A model generated the notes under the pieces. The model saw only the letters and a program-made list of their open reading frames with translations. It was not told where the DNA came from and made no database searches. From an uncultured Mycoplasmatota bacterium (GTDB lineage: Bacteria > Bacillota_I > Bacilli_A > RF39 > UBA660): a stretch of 64,000 nucleotides of DNA. The translations under genes and the position numbers were made by a program. Each line of letters opens with the position of its first letter. The first letter of the stretch is position 1. The DNA lies in NCBI GenBank assembly GCA_946414095.1, contig CAMKNB010000003.1, positions 2,161 to 66,160 of the forward strand, given 5' to 3'. This document shows, piece by piece, positions 1 to 8,646 of the stretch.

Positions 1-152
1 CAGATAATAACTTAGAAATTGTTATAAATGATCAATCATTTGTTATAGACGATTATTATAATAATAATTCTGACAATTATTAAGTAAAAAAGATAAAAGT
101 AATTTATTTTTTTGTAAGTTATGTTATAATAAAAATAGAAAGTAGGTGTCGT

Positions 153-890
153 ATGGGAGATAAGAATAAAATTTTTGGTTATGTTTGTATGGGATGTGGA
201 CTATTAATATTATTAAGTGTCTTTTTACCTTATGTTTCAGCGTATGATATATCAAAAAGTATTTGGTCTTTAAAAAGTGCTACTAGAATAATATTTATAC
301 TTTGTGGGTTAGGAGTATTTGCATTGTACTTTTTTAACAAGAAAACTGAATTATCATATTTATTTGCTGGTCATATTTTATTATCAGTTTTAGAAAGTAT
401 TATAAATAATGAAGGGTTTGATTATTTTGCTATTGCGTTTTATTTATTATTTTTAGCTTCATGTGCAATTGTTGTTTGTACATTCCTTTATGATGAATCA
501 AAAGGAACATCACTATTAGATTTACTAACTAGTAAGTCAAATAATAATTACAATCAAAATATGGGATATAATTCAAACAACAATTACAATCAAAATATGA
601 ATTATAATTCAAATAATAACTTTAATCAAAATAATAATTTCAATCAAAATAATGGTTTTAACTCAAATAATAATTTTAACCAAAATAATGGTTATAATAC
701 AAACAACAACTTTAATCAAAATAATGGATTTAATACAAACAATAACTTTAATCCAAATAATAATTTTAACCAAGATAATAATTTTAATTCAAATAATAAT
801 TTTAATCAAATGAATCAATCAATGATGAATAATCAAAACTCTAATATGTTTATTCCAAATGATAATTCATCAAACAACAATTTTAACTAA
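153..890 (+). CDS. Membrane protein with Asn-rich low-complexity C-terminal tail
   Basis: 245-aa ORF. The N-terminal ~115 aa carry about four hydrophobic helices (FGYVCMGCGLLILLSVFLPYV, IIFILCGLGVFALYFF, LFAGHILLSVL, AFYLLFLASCAIVVCTFL). Residues ~130-245 are almost pure N/F/Q/Y/G repeats. Upstream are an extended -10 (TGtTATAAT, 122-130) and an AGGTG SD. Confidence 0.6.
   Translation: MGDKNKIFGYVCMGCGLLILLSVFLPYVSAYDISKSIWSLKSATRIIFILCGLGVFALYFFNKKTELSYLFAGHILLSVLESIINNEGFDYFAIAFYLLFLASCAIVVCTFLYDESKGTSLLDLLTSKSNNNYNQNMGYNSNNNYNQNMNYNSNNNFNQNNNFNQNNGFNSNNNFNQNNGYNTNNNFNQNNGFNTNNNFNPNNNFNQDNNFNSNNNFNQMNQSMMNNQNSNMFIPNDNSSNNNFN
540..887 (+). repeat. In-frame degenerate tandem repeat (18-nt / 6-aa unit NNNFNQ / NNGFNS) encoding an Asn-rich tail
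   Basis: Reading the translation directly gives NNNYNQNMGYNS NNNYNQNMNYNS NNNFNQNNNFNQNNGFNS NNNFNQNNGYNT and so on. The nucleotide units are aat-aat-aay-ttt-aay-caa variants. Confidence 0.8.
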
Positions 891-900
891 TAATTTAAAA

Positions 901-925
901 ATATCTACTATTGTAGATGTTTTTT
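901..925 (+). terminator. Putative intrinsic terminator
   Basis: Stem atatctac / gtagatgt with a 4-nt loop, followed by TTTTT. The stem is short and AT-rich. Confidence 0.4.
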
Positions 926-1032
926 AATGTTATTAAATTTATCTAAAGTGATGAAAATTTATATAATATTTTAAATCATTATATATACAATTATTTATAT
1001 TCATGTTATTATAAAGAGCATATGGAGGTAAT

Positions 1033-1665
1033 ATGAAAAATGTTGATAAAGATTTAATAAATTATATTGAAACGAATATATTTCCTAGTTATGAAAAAAA
1101 TGACTCTGGACATAATTTGGAGCATATTAAATATGTGATTGAAAGAAGTATGAAGTTTGCAAGTACAATAAAGGATATCAATTATAATATGGTTTATGTA
1201 ATAGCATCATATCATGATATAGGTCATTATATTGATAGGAAAAATCATGAAAAGATATCTGCTGAAATGTTACTAGAAGATAAGAATCTTGATGAATTTT
1301 TTAGTAAAGAAGAAATTAAAATTATGTCTGAGGCTGTATATGATCATAGAGCTAGTATGGAAGGTGAACCTAGAAGTATTTATGGTAAAATAGTATCTAC
1401 AGCTGATAGAAATACTTCTATTGATAGTATAATTAAAAGGACTTATGCATATAGAATTAAACATAATCCTGATGATAATATTGATCATATTATTGAAGAC
1501 TCTAAAAAACATATTATCGATAAATTTGGTAGTAATGGATATGCTAATGAAAAAGTATATTTTGAAGATTTAGATTATAAGAGATTTTTAAAAGACATAT
1601 CTTTGTTAGTAAGTGATGATAAAAAGTTTAGAGAAAGATATTTGTGTGTTAATGGTTTAAAGTAG
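1033..1665 (+). CDS. HD-domain phosphohydrolase (YedJ-like)
   Basis: 210-aa ORF with the H...HD...D pattern (GHNLEHIKYV ... VIASYHDIGHYIDRKNHE ... VYDHRAS ... STADR). GGAGG SD upstream. Confidence 0.65.
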   Translation: MKNVDKDLINYIETNIFPSYEKNDSGHNLEHIKYVIERSMKFASTIKDINYNMVYVIASYHDIGHYIDRKNHEKISAEMLLEDKNLDEFFSKEEIKIMSEAVYDHRASMEGEPRSIYGKIVSTADRNTSIDSIIKRTYAYRIKHNPDDNIDHIIEDSKKHIIDKFGSNGYANEKVYFEDLDYKRFLKDISLLVSDDKKFRERYLCVNGLK

Positions 1666-1673
1666 GTGATTAT

Positions 1674-2276
1674 ATGTCTAAAATATCTAATGTATTAACT
1701 ATGTTAGAGTTACTTCAAACTGGTAGAAAATATAGTATTAGTGAGCTTTCTAATATACTTGAAGTAAGTGAGAGAATGGTAAGGTTATATAAAGAAGAAG
1801 CTGAAAAAGCTGGTATTTATATTGACACAATTATGGGACCTTATGGTGGATATGTATTAAATCAATCTATAAGAATGCCAATAAGGAAATTTAATAAAGA
1901 AGAATCCAAATTATTAGATGAATATATAAAGAAAGAAAGTAATAATGATAAAAAAGAAAAATTAAAGTTACTTCAGGAAAAGATTAATGGATCATATATA
2001 AGAAGTACTAATGAAGTAGTAAATACTAATCTTAAAGATGAGGTATTAAAAAAATATAATGTTCTTACAAGAGCTATAAAAGAAAAAAGAAAAGTTAAAA
2101 TATTGTATTATTCTTATGGAAAAGGTGAAAATGAAAGAATAATTGATCCTGCTGAAATGTTTTTATTTCAAGATGGATGGTATTGTGCTGCATTTTGTGA
2201 AAAGAAACAAGATATTAGACATTTTGAATTAAAAAGAATAATAAAATATGAATTATTAGATGAAAAATATGAGTAG
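1674..2276 (+). CDS. HTH + WYL domain transcriptional regulator
   Basis: 200-aa ORF starting 9 nt after the HD gene. The N-terminus is a winged-HTH-like segment (VLTMLELLQTGRKYSISELSNILEVSERMVRLYKEE). The C-terminus looks like a WYL domain (KVKILYYSYGKGENERIIDPAEMFLFQDGWYCAAFCEKKQDIRHFELKRI). Confidence 0.65.
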   Translation: MSKISNVLTMLELLQTGRKYSISELSNILEVSERMVRLYKEEAEKAGIYIDTIMGPYGGYVLNQSIRMPIRKFNKEESKLLDEYIKKESNNDKKEKLKLLQEKINGSYIRSTNEVVNTNLKDEVLKKYNVLTRAIKEKRKVKILYYSYGKGENERIIDPAEMFLFQDGWYCAAFCEKKQDIRHFELKRIIKYELLDEKYE

Positions 2277-2288
2277 ACGAAATATTTC

Positions 2289-2327
2289 CTCCTTTTAAGT
2301 TATATTTAACTTGAAAGGAGATTTTTT
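2289..2327 (+). terminator. Hairpin plus U-tract whose 3' arm contains the SD of the next gene (terminator/attenuator candidate)
   Basis: The 5' arm ctccttttaagtt (2289-2301) pairs with aacttgaaaggag (2308-2320), giving 13 bp with one G-U. TTTTTT (2322-2327) follows, then the ATG at 2328. The AAAGGAGA SD lies inside the 3' arm. Confidence 0.6.
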
Positions 2328-3239
2328 ATGGAAAAGAATATGAATGAAAATTTTAAAAAATTAGAAAGGAGGGTAATTGATTGTTTATATAATACAGATT
2401 TAAAAAGAATTAATTATGAATTATCTAATATAGATGGACCTACATTAGTATCTGGTGTAGGTGGATCTAGTGTAGTATCTGAATATGCATCTAAAATATT
2501 GTCTATTAAAAATAAAATAATAACAAGAAATACAGAACCTAGGGATTTTAAGTATCTAAATACTAATTTATATAATAATGTTTTAGCATGTAGTTATAGT
2601 GGAAATAATTATGGAGTTGAGTTAGCATTTTTAAATAATTTGCATCATTATTTACTAGCTAGTCAACCAAATATAAGAGAGGGTATCATTAACTTAAATT
2701 ATAATTGTTCTGATAAAGAAAAGAGTTTTATATCACTTTCTTCTACTCTTATACCTTGTAGTATTTTACTAAATTATTTTTATGGTAATGATATCGGTAG
2801 GGTAATTGATTTACTAGATCAATATGATTTTGATTTTGATACTGATTGTGATGCTTATGAAATATTTAGTGGATATGATACATCTACTTTATCTAAATAT
2901 TTAGAATCAACTATGATTGAATCTGGTATTGCTATTCCAATTGTACATGATAAATATTCATATTGTCATGGTAGAAGTACTTTATCTACAGTTAGTAATA
3001 ATAATGCTATATTTTTTGATTCTGGTAGTGAGTTAGATAAGTTATTAATTGATGAAATACGCAAATATTATAAAGAAGTAATTATAATTAAAAACTATAA
3101 TTTAACTAGTGAATTTTCCAATTTAATGAAATGTATGTATTTAACTAAATATATAGCAGAATCTAAAAATAAAGATTTGTCAGGAGTTGATTATAATCCA
3201 ATTGTAAAGAAACTTTATAAATATAATGGACAAGTGTAA
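2328..3239 (+). CDS. Double SIS-domain protein (GlmS-isomerase / AgaS / FrlB-like sugar-phosphate isomerase fold)
   Basis: 303-aa ORF. The first half carries VSGVGGSSVVSEYASKIL ... VLACSYSGNNYGVELAF, which resembles SIS GxGxS and SxSGxT motifs. The second half carries LSKYLESTMIESGIAIPIVHDKYSYCHGRSTL, which resembles the ALKxKE...E.KHGP segment of a second SIS domain. Confidence 0.4.
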   Translation: MEKNMNENFKKLERRVIDCLYNTDLKRINYELSNIDGPTLVSGVGGSSVVSEYASKILSIKNKIITRNTEPRDFKYLNTNLYNNVLACSYSGNNYGVELAFLNNLHHYLLASQPNIREGIINLNYNCSDKEKSFISLSSTLIPCSILLNYFYGNDIGRVIDLLDQYDFDFDTDCDAYEIFSGYDTSTLSKYLESTMIESGIAIPIVHDKYSYCHGRSTLSTVSNNNAIFFDSGSELDKLLIDEIRKYYKEVIIIKNYNLTSEFSNLMKCMYLTKYIAESKNKDLSGVDYNPIVKKLYKYNGQV

Positions 3240-3274
3240 TAAATATAATTTATAATAAATTTGGTGGTAATAGT

Positions 3275-4132
3275 ATGATAGATTTAGATTACATAACAAA
3301 TATAAGATCGCATCTTGTAAATCAAAAGAAAGGATATTCTTTAAATGATAAAAAAGAGTTTTCTATAGTTAGAAGTACATTAATTAGAAATGGTTTACCT
3401 ACTGTTTGTTTTGATAAAAACTTGAGAACATTAGTTATAGATGAAGGAAAAGATAAGTCTAAGTCAATTGGATATGATAATACTAGAAATATGATAACTG
3501 GTATAAGTTATGGATTTGATTTAGTTCATGAATTATTTCATATGGCTAGTAAGGGAGAAAATTCTTTTGGATTTATATTACCAACTCGTAATGGTAAAAA
3601 AATTGGTTATTCAATAAATGAGGGAATAACAGATTATTTAACTTTTATAAGCTCTAATAATAAATATGAAAAAAAATATCCTGTTGAGTCTTTTGTAGCA
3701 TATTATTTAATTCAAAGGTATGGACGTAAAATATTGGATTATCATTTATCTGCTCGTACGAGTGATATTTACAAATTGTTTGGTGAAGATAGAGATGAAG
3801 TTATTTCTATGATACAATCACTTGATAGATTTACTATTCATAGAACACAAATAATTGATAGTATGAATAAAGGTGAAAATAATAAATTAGCTACTATGTT
3901 AACTATTATGTATAATGACCTGGTTTCAAGTATTAGTTCACTTTTAAAAATAGTATCTAAATCTAGTGAAGAAGATAAGAATAATTGTTTAGAGGATTTT
4001 AAAAAATTATTTACAGGTAAAAGTATATCAAATGAGTTTTTTGATTTGATTTCTATTAGTTCATATAAAAATTATGATTCTTTATTTAATGAAATAGAAA
4101 AAAATATTGAAAATGAATTTGGTAGGAAATAA
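3275..4132 (+). CDS. Hypothetical protein with HExxH zinc-metallopeptidase-like motif
   Basis: 285-aa ORF. It contains DLVHELFHMASKG (HExxH) and a downstream NEGITDY, a possible third-ligand Glu 27 residues after the motif. I recognised no signal peptide. Confidence 0.35.
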   Translation: MIDLDYITNIRSHLVNQKKGYSLNDKKEFSIVRSTLIRNGLPTVCFDKNLRTLVIDEGKDKSKSIGYDNTRNMITGISYGFDLVHELFHMASKGENSFGFILPTRNGKKIGYSINEGITDYLTFISSNNKYEKKYPVESFVAYYLIQRYGRKILDYHLSARTSDIYKLFGEDRDEVISMIQSLDRFTIHRTQIIDSMNKGENNKLATMLTIMYNDLVSSISSLLKIVSKSSEEDKNNCLEDFKKLFTGKSISNEFFDLISISSYKNYDSLFNEIEKNIENEFGRK

Positions 4133-4166
4133 TATATAATAAAGCTATACTAATGGGGAGGTTCAT

Positions 4167-4631
4167 ATGTTTGGATATGAAGATAAAATTACTTTAAGTG
4201 CGATTAATGCAATAAATAAAGATGGTGAAATAATTGATTTTCATTTATCTTTTCCTATAGAATGTGATTTTGATGTACCTGAAAATATTCTTCAAATGAG
4301 TATATTTGAGATGAGACAAGATATCGGCATTAATGGGTTTAATTCTTTTAAAATTTTTATAGGAACTGCTAGTTCTATTGATAATATGTTAGAAGATGGA
4401 AGACTTAAAAATACTATAATTAGAGAAAATTTACATATTGAAAGTCTTGATAGAAGTATATGTTATTTTGATAATGAAAAAGGTGAACATGTTATTTATA
4501 GTACTGTTAATCCTGGTGATATTGTTGTTAAAGATATCGAAGAAATGAAGAAAGTACTTTTGGATATTTCTAATGAGTTTGGTAGCATTAAATCTTCTAT
4601 TCAAAGAATTAAAAAAATGAGTGTAAATTAA
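4167..4631 (+). CDS. Hypothetical protein
   Basis: 154-aa ORF with a GGGGAGG SD and no recognisable motif. Confidence 0.4.
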   Translation: MFGYEDKITLSAINAINKDGEIIDFHLSFPIECDFDVPENILQMSIFEMRQDIGINGFNSFKIFIGTASSIDNMLEDGRLKNTIIRENLHIESLDRSICYFDNEKGEHVIYSTVNPGDIVVKDIEEMKKVLLDISNEFGSIKSSIQRIKKMSVN

Positions 4632-4652
4632 AAATATAGAGTTAGTTATTAT

Positions 4653-5231
4653 ATGGACAAGAATACTATTATTGAAACTGAGAGATTAATACTTAGAAGA
4701 TATGAACTTAGTGATGCTGATGATGTTGTTGAAGGACTTAATAATATTAATGTAACTAAATATATGGCATTTGCACCATATCCTTATAAGAAAAGTGATG
4801 CTTTAGAATTTATTAATAATTCTATTGAAAAGAATTTATATAATTTTGCTATTGTATTAAAAAGTGAAAATAAAGTAATAGGTGGAGTACAACTTAGAAA
4901 TATTGATTATGTTCAAGGTACTGCTCATGGTGGAATATGGATAAATGAAAAATATCAAGGAAAGGGTTATGGTACAGAAGCATGGGGAGCAAGAATTAAA
5001 TATGCTTTTGAAGTGTTAGGGCTTAGAAGACTTGAAAATGGTTATTTTAAGGGAAATATAAAATCCTGGAAAATGCAAGAAAAATTTGGTTACAAAAAAG
5101 AAGGAATTAAAAGAAAAAGATATATTAGTCTTGCTACTGGTGAGACAGTTGATGAATGTATAACTGGATTATTAAAAGAGGAATGGATTGATTATAATGC
5201 AAGTCATAGTAAGAAAGAAACAAAAGATTGA
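4653..5231 (+). CDS. GNAT family N-acetyltransferase (RimJ/RimL-like)
   Basis: 192-aa ORF. It starts TERLILRRYELSDADDV and carries INEKYQGKGYGTEA (the Q/RxxGxG/A acetyl-CoA motif) and LENGYFKGNIKSWKMQEKFGYKKEG. Confidence 0.75.
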   Translation: MDKNTIIETERLILRRYELSDADDVVEGLNNINVTKYMAFAPYPYKKSDALEFINNSIEKNLYNFAIVLKSENKVIGGVQLRNIDYVQGTAHGGIWINEKYQGKGYGTEAWGARIKYAFEVLGLRRLENGYFKGNIKSWKMQEKFGYKKEGIKRKRYISLATGETVDECITGLLKEEWIDYNASHSKKETKD

Positions 5232-5697
5232 TTGTAGTGGTATTACTCATGTTATAACTATATGTTGGAATGAAACATATAGAGGAATTGTAAATGATAA
5301 AATACTTAATAATATGTATAATAATGAAGATGAAAGAACACTAAAGGCAATTAATAAGTTTGATGAAAACAATAATCATGAGTTTGTACTTTTAGTTGAT
5401 AATGAAATTGTTGGATATATGAATGTAGGTAAGAGTGATGATAAAGAATTAGAAAATAGTGGGGAAATACATGCATTATATATCATTAATAAATATCATG
5501 GAAATGGATTTGGTAAAAAATTATTTAATGAAGGAATTAATGAACTAAAAAACATGGGATTTGACAAAATGATAATTGGTTGTTTAGAAGAAAATAAGAG
5601 TAATGATTTTTATAAGCATTTAGGAGGAAAATTTATTAAAAAAAGAGTTTTTAAGAAACTTAATTTAATTGAAAATGTATACTATTTTGATTTATAA
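5197..5697 (+). CDS. GNAT family N-acetyltransferase
   Basis: It contains IHALYIINKYHGNGFGKKLFNEGINELKNMGFDKMIIGCLEENKSNDFYKHLGG. I chose the ATG at 5197. A TTG at 5188 is an alternative start. The gene overlaps the preceding GNAT gene. Confidence 0.7.
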   Translation: MQVIVRKKQKIDCSGITHVITICWNETYRGIVNDKILNNMYNNEDERTLKAINKFDENNNHEFVLLVDNEIVGYMNVGKSDDKELENSGEIHALYIINKYHGNGFGKKLFNEGINELKNMGFDKMIIGCLEENKSNDFYKHLGGKFIKKRVFKKLNLIENVYYFDL

Positions 5698-5716
5698 TTA
5701 TTATGGAGGTAATATT

Positions 5717-6184
5717 ATGGAAAGGGAAAAATTTTTAGCAGCCATTTATCTTATTGTTAGAGATAAAAATGGAGATATTTTGTTGCAAAGAAGACAAGGA
5801 ACGAAACTTTGGCCTGGGTATTTAGCTTTACCAGCTGGTCATATTGATGAAGGAGAACTTGCATACGAAGCAGCTATTAGAGAAGCTAGAGAAGAATTAG
5901 GTATTGAAGTAGGTGTTGATGATTTAGTAGAACCATTTGTAGTAAATAGAAAAAATAAATCTATATCATCATATTTTGATGTATATTTTATAGTTAAAAA
6001 GTATAAAGGTGAAATTAAGATAAATGAACCTGAAAAGTGTTCAGAACTTGTGTGGGCAGATCCATATGATTTACCAGAAGATATGATTGATTTTGAAAAG
6101 GAAGCTCTTGAATATAATGAAATGGGAGTAAAATTTAGTACAACTTATGCTGATAATGAAGTTAAATTAGTTAAAAAAATGTAA
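5717..6184 (+). CDS. NUDIX hydrolase
   Basis: Nudix box GHIDEGELAYEAAIREAREELGI (GX5EX7REUXEEXGU). The ATG at 5717 follows a GGAGG SD, so the longer track ORF starting at 5669 is unlikely. Confidence 0.8.
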   Translation: MEREKFLAAIYLIVRDKNGDILLQRRQGTKLWPGYLALPAGHIDEGELAYEAAIREAREELGIEVGVDDLVEPFVVNRKNKSISSYFDVYFIVKKYKGEIKINEPEKCSELVWADPYDLPEDMIDFEKEALEYNEMGVKFSTTYADNEVKLVKKM

Positions 6185-6245
6185 GAATAGTTCATTGTTT
6201 AATGAACTATTTTTTGTTATTATATATGTATATTGAGGTGTTCAA

Positions 6246-6947
6246 ATGAAAATAGCAGTATTTTCCGATATACATGGAAATTATGAAGCATTAAAAGTTA
6301 TTATTGATGATATCAATTCAAATAAATATGATGAAGTTATTTGTTTGGGAGATTTGATTGGGCTTGGACCTAATTCTAAAGAATGTCTAGATTTACTTAG
6401 AAAAAATAATATTCCTTTAATACTTGGAAATCATGAATTATATTGTGTTTTAGGACCTAAAATAAATGATATGAGTGAAGATGAAGAAGAGCATCATTAT
6501 TGGATAGAAAGTTTATTAAGTAAAGATGATATTGATTATTTATCTAAGTGTAAACTATCTTATGAAAAAAGTATTAACAATTATAAATTGTTATTTGAAC
6601 ATTTTTTATTAAAAGATGATAAATATCCATATCTTAGTTTAGATATAGTTAGAAATGGTGTTGTGAAGGATTGTTATAATGAAGTTGATTCTGACTATAT
6701 ATTTGTCGGTCATGAGCATGAAGCATTTAAGTGCGTAAATAAAAATAATAAAACTCTTGTATGCCTTGGTAGTAGTGGATGTAGGAAAGATGATGATACT
6801 TTTTATACTATTATTGAAGTTAATAATAAAATTAATGTCATTAAAAAGCATTTAAAATATGATAGAAAAAGTTTTGAAAATAGGTTTAGAAGAATTGATT
6901 ATCCTAATAAAGAAAAGATAAATGAAATATTCTTTGGTGTCAATTAG
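6246..6947 (+). CDS. Metallophosphoesterase (calcineurin-like, YfcE/MJ0936-type)
   Basis: Motifs IAVFSDIHGN, CLGDLIGLGP, GNHE and VGHEH. Confidence 0.75.
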   Translation: MKIAVFSDIHGNYEALKVIIDDINSNKYDEVICLGDLIGLGPNSKECLDLLRKNNIPLILGNHELYCVLGPKINDMSEDEEEHHYWIESLLSKDDIDYLSKCKLSYEKSINNYKLLFEHFLLKDDKYPYLSLDIVRNGVVKDCYNEVDSDYIFVGHEHEAFKCVNKNNKTLVCLGSSGCRKDDDTFYTIIEVNNKINVIKKHLKYDRKSFENRFRRIDYPNKEKINEIFFGVN

Positions 6948-6956
6948 GAGGATATA

Positions 6957-7457
6957 ATGAATGATTTTTTAATTAAATATACTGTATTATCTAGTGGTTC
7001 TAATGGGTTATCAATTGTTAATAATAAAAGTGAAGATATTAATGGATATATAGTTAGTCCTTGTTATTATATAAATAATAATGAAATTGTTTTGCCATTT
7101 AATATTGATAGTTTAGAATTATGTAAGCCTATCTTTGATGAAGAAGGCAAATGCATAAATAGTTTAAAAACTGATATTATTTTTGATAATTTTGAAGAAG
7201 CCAAAAGATGTGCTAGTAGTTTAAATAGTTTATTAAAAGCAAAATATATGATTTATGCATATAGAGAATATTATAAAGATTCTTGTGATTTATATCATAA
7301 AAAATTAAATGAATTAACAATAAAATATAATTCTAATATGCGTGAATGTAATGATATTGAAAGAAATATATTTAGAATATGTAAGGATATTATTCCTATA
7401 GAAGAAAAAGAAGAGATTGTTACTAGAAAGAAAAGGTTCTCTTTTAAAAGACGTTAG
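6957..7457 (+). CDS. Hypothetical protein
   Basis: 166-aa ORF with an AGGAGG SD, several Cys residues and a basic C-terminus. I recognised no family. Confidence 0.4.
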   Translation: MNDFLIKYTVLSSGSNGLSIVNNKSEDINGYIVSPCYYINNNEIVLPFNIDSLELCKPIFDEEGKCINSLKTDIIFDNFEEAKRCASSLNSLLKAKYMIYAYREYYKDSCDLYHKKLNELTIKYNSNMRECNDIERNIFRICKDIIPIEEKEEIVTRKKRFSFKRR

Positions 7458-7465
7458 GAGGAAGT

Positions 7466-8572
7466 ATGAGTAAAATAGGGAAAATATTATTAATAATTTT
7501 GTGTGTTATAGTTGCTTTAGCATTAATAGCATTATTGTTTGTATTACTATATAAACCATTTGGAGGAAGACCTAATAAAGAAGATAAAGAAAATTATGCT
7601 TCTAGAAGTACTAACTATAAAGATGGAAAATTTTATAATGATGGAGAATTTAGTGTTATGAGTTCTTACATTGATCCATATAAAGATAGAGTTGGTAATA
7701 GTGATGTTGAACCATCAGATGCAGTTAGTATTGAGAATTTTGAATATGTTGATAATAGAGATACTTCTGATGCTCTTATAACTTGGTTTGGACATTCTAG
7801 TGTTTTAGTTCAACTTCATAATATGAATATATTAATTGATCCAATATTTTCTAATGTTTCATCTCCTGTGTCTTTCATTGGGTCTAAAAGATTTAGTGAT
7901 TTACCTTGCGATGTTAGTGATTTACCATACATTGATGTCGTTTTAATAACTCATGATCATTATGATCATTTGGATTATAAAACTATAAAAAAACTTGATG
8001 AAAAAGTTGGTATGTTTTTAGTACCTCTTGGAATTGATAAGGATTTAATTAAGTTTGGAATTGATAAGAATAAGATTAACAATATGGCTTGGTGGGAAGA
8101 AATTGATTTAAATGGATTATCATTTATTTGTACTCCTGCTAGACATTTTTCAGGACGATATTTAATAGATAGCAATGATACTTTATGGTCATCATGGTTA
8201 ATTAAAGATGAGAATTATTCAATATTCACTAGTGGTGATGGTGGTTATGGAGATCATTTTAAAGAGATTAATTCTAGATATGGTGATGTGGATTTAGCAT
8301 TATTAGATTCAGGGCAATATAGTGAATCTTGGCATGATGTTCATATGTTCCCAGAAGAAGCAGTTCAAGCGTCTATTGATTTAAATGCTACTGTAGCAAT
8401 GCCCATTCATTGGGGATCATTTGTACTTTCTGATCATCCATGGGATGACCCTGCTAAAAGATTTGTAAGGCAAGCACAAGAAATGGGTGTAAATTATATG
8501 ATTAGTAGAATTGGAAAAACAGTTAGCATTAGCGATTATTTAGATAATCAAGAGCCTTGGTGGGAAGAGTAA
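7466..8572 (+). CDS. Membrane-anchored MBL-fold metallo-hydrolase
   Basis: N-terminal TM segment (ILLIILCVIVALALIALLFVLL). MBL motifs ITWFGHSSVLV and VLITHDHYDHLD, with later H/D ligands (SGDGGYG, PIHWG). Confidence 0.7.
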   Translation: MSKIGKILLIILCVIVALALIALLFVLLYKPFGGRPNKEDKENYASRSTNYKDGKFYNDGEFSVMSSYIDPYKDRVGNSDVEPSDAVSIENFEYVDNRDTSDALITWFGHSSVLVQLHNMNILIDPIFSNVSSPVSFIGSKRFSDLPCDVSDLPYIDVVLITHDHYDHLDYKTIKKLDEKVGMFLVPLGIDKDLIKFGIDKNKINNMAWWEEIDLNGLSFICTPARHFSGRYLIDSNDTLWSSWLIKDENYSIFTSGDGGYGDHFKEINSRYGDVDLALLDSGQYSESWHDVHMFPEEAVQASIDLNATVAMPIHWGSFVLSDHPWDDPAKRFVRQAQEMGVNYMISRIGKTVSISDYLDNQEPWWEE

Positions 8573-8573
8573 A

Positions 8574-8600
8574 AATGGAATGTAAAATATTCCATTTTTT
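8574..8600 (+). terminator. Intrinsic terminator
   Basis: Stem aatggaat / attccatt (8 bp) with a 7-nt loop, then a T-run. Confidence 0.65.
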
Positions 8601-8646
8601 ATATTAATATTTTAGATAATTATTTATAATTATGGTGGTGAATAGT

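Noticed and set aside
3-83. An open frame running from the window edge to the TAA at 81-83 (DNNLEIVINDQSFVIDDYYNNNSDNY), possibly the 3' end of an upstream gene.
   Set aside because: Only 26 codons are visible and carry no motif, so I cannot support it as a feature.
1674-4631. The WYL-regulated module as an anti-phage defence system.
   Set aside because: I recognised no nuclease, helicase/ATPase, TIR, SIR2, cyclase, methyltransferase or other effector signatures. The best-supported downstream protein looks like a sugar-phosphate isomerase fold. The evidence is insufficient for a defence call.
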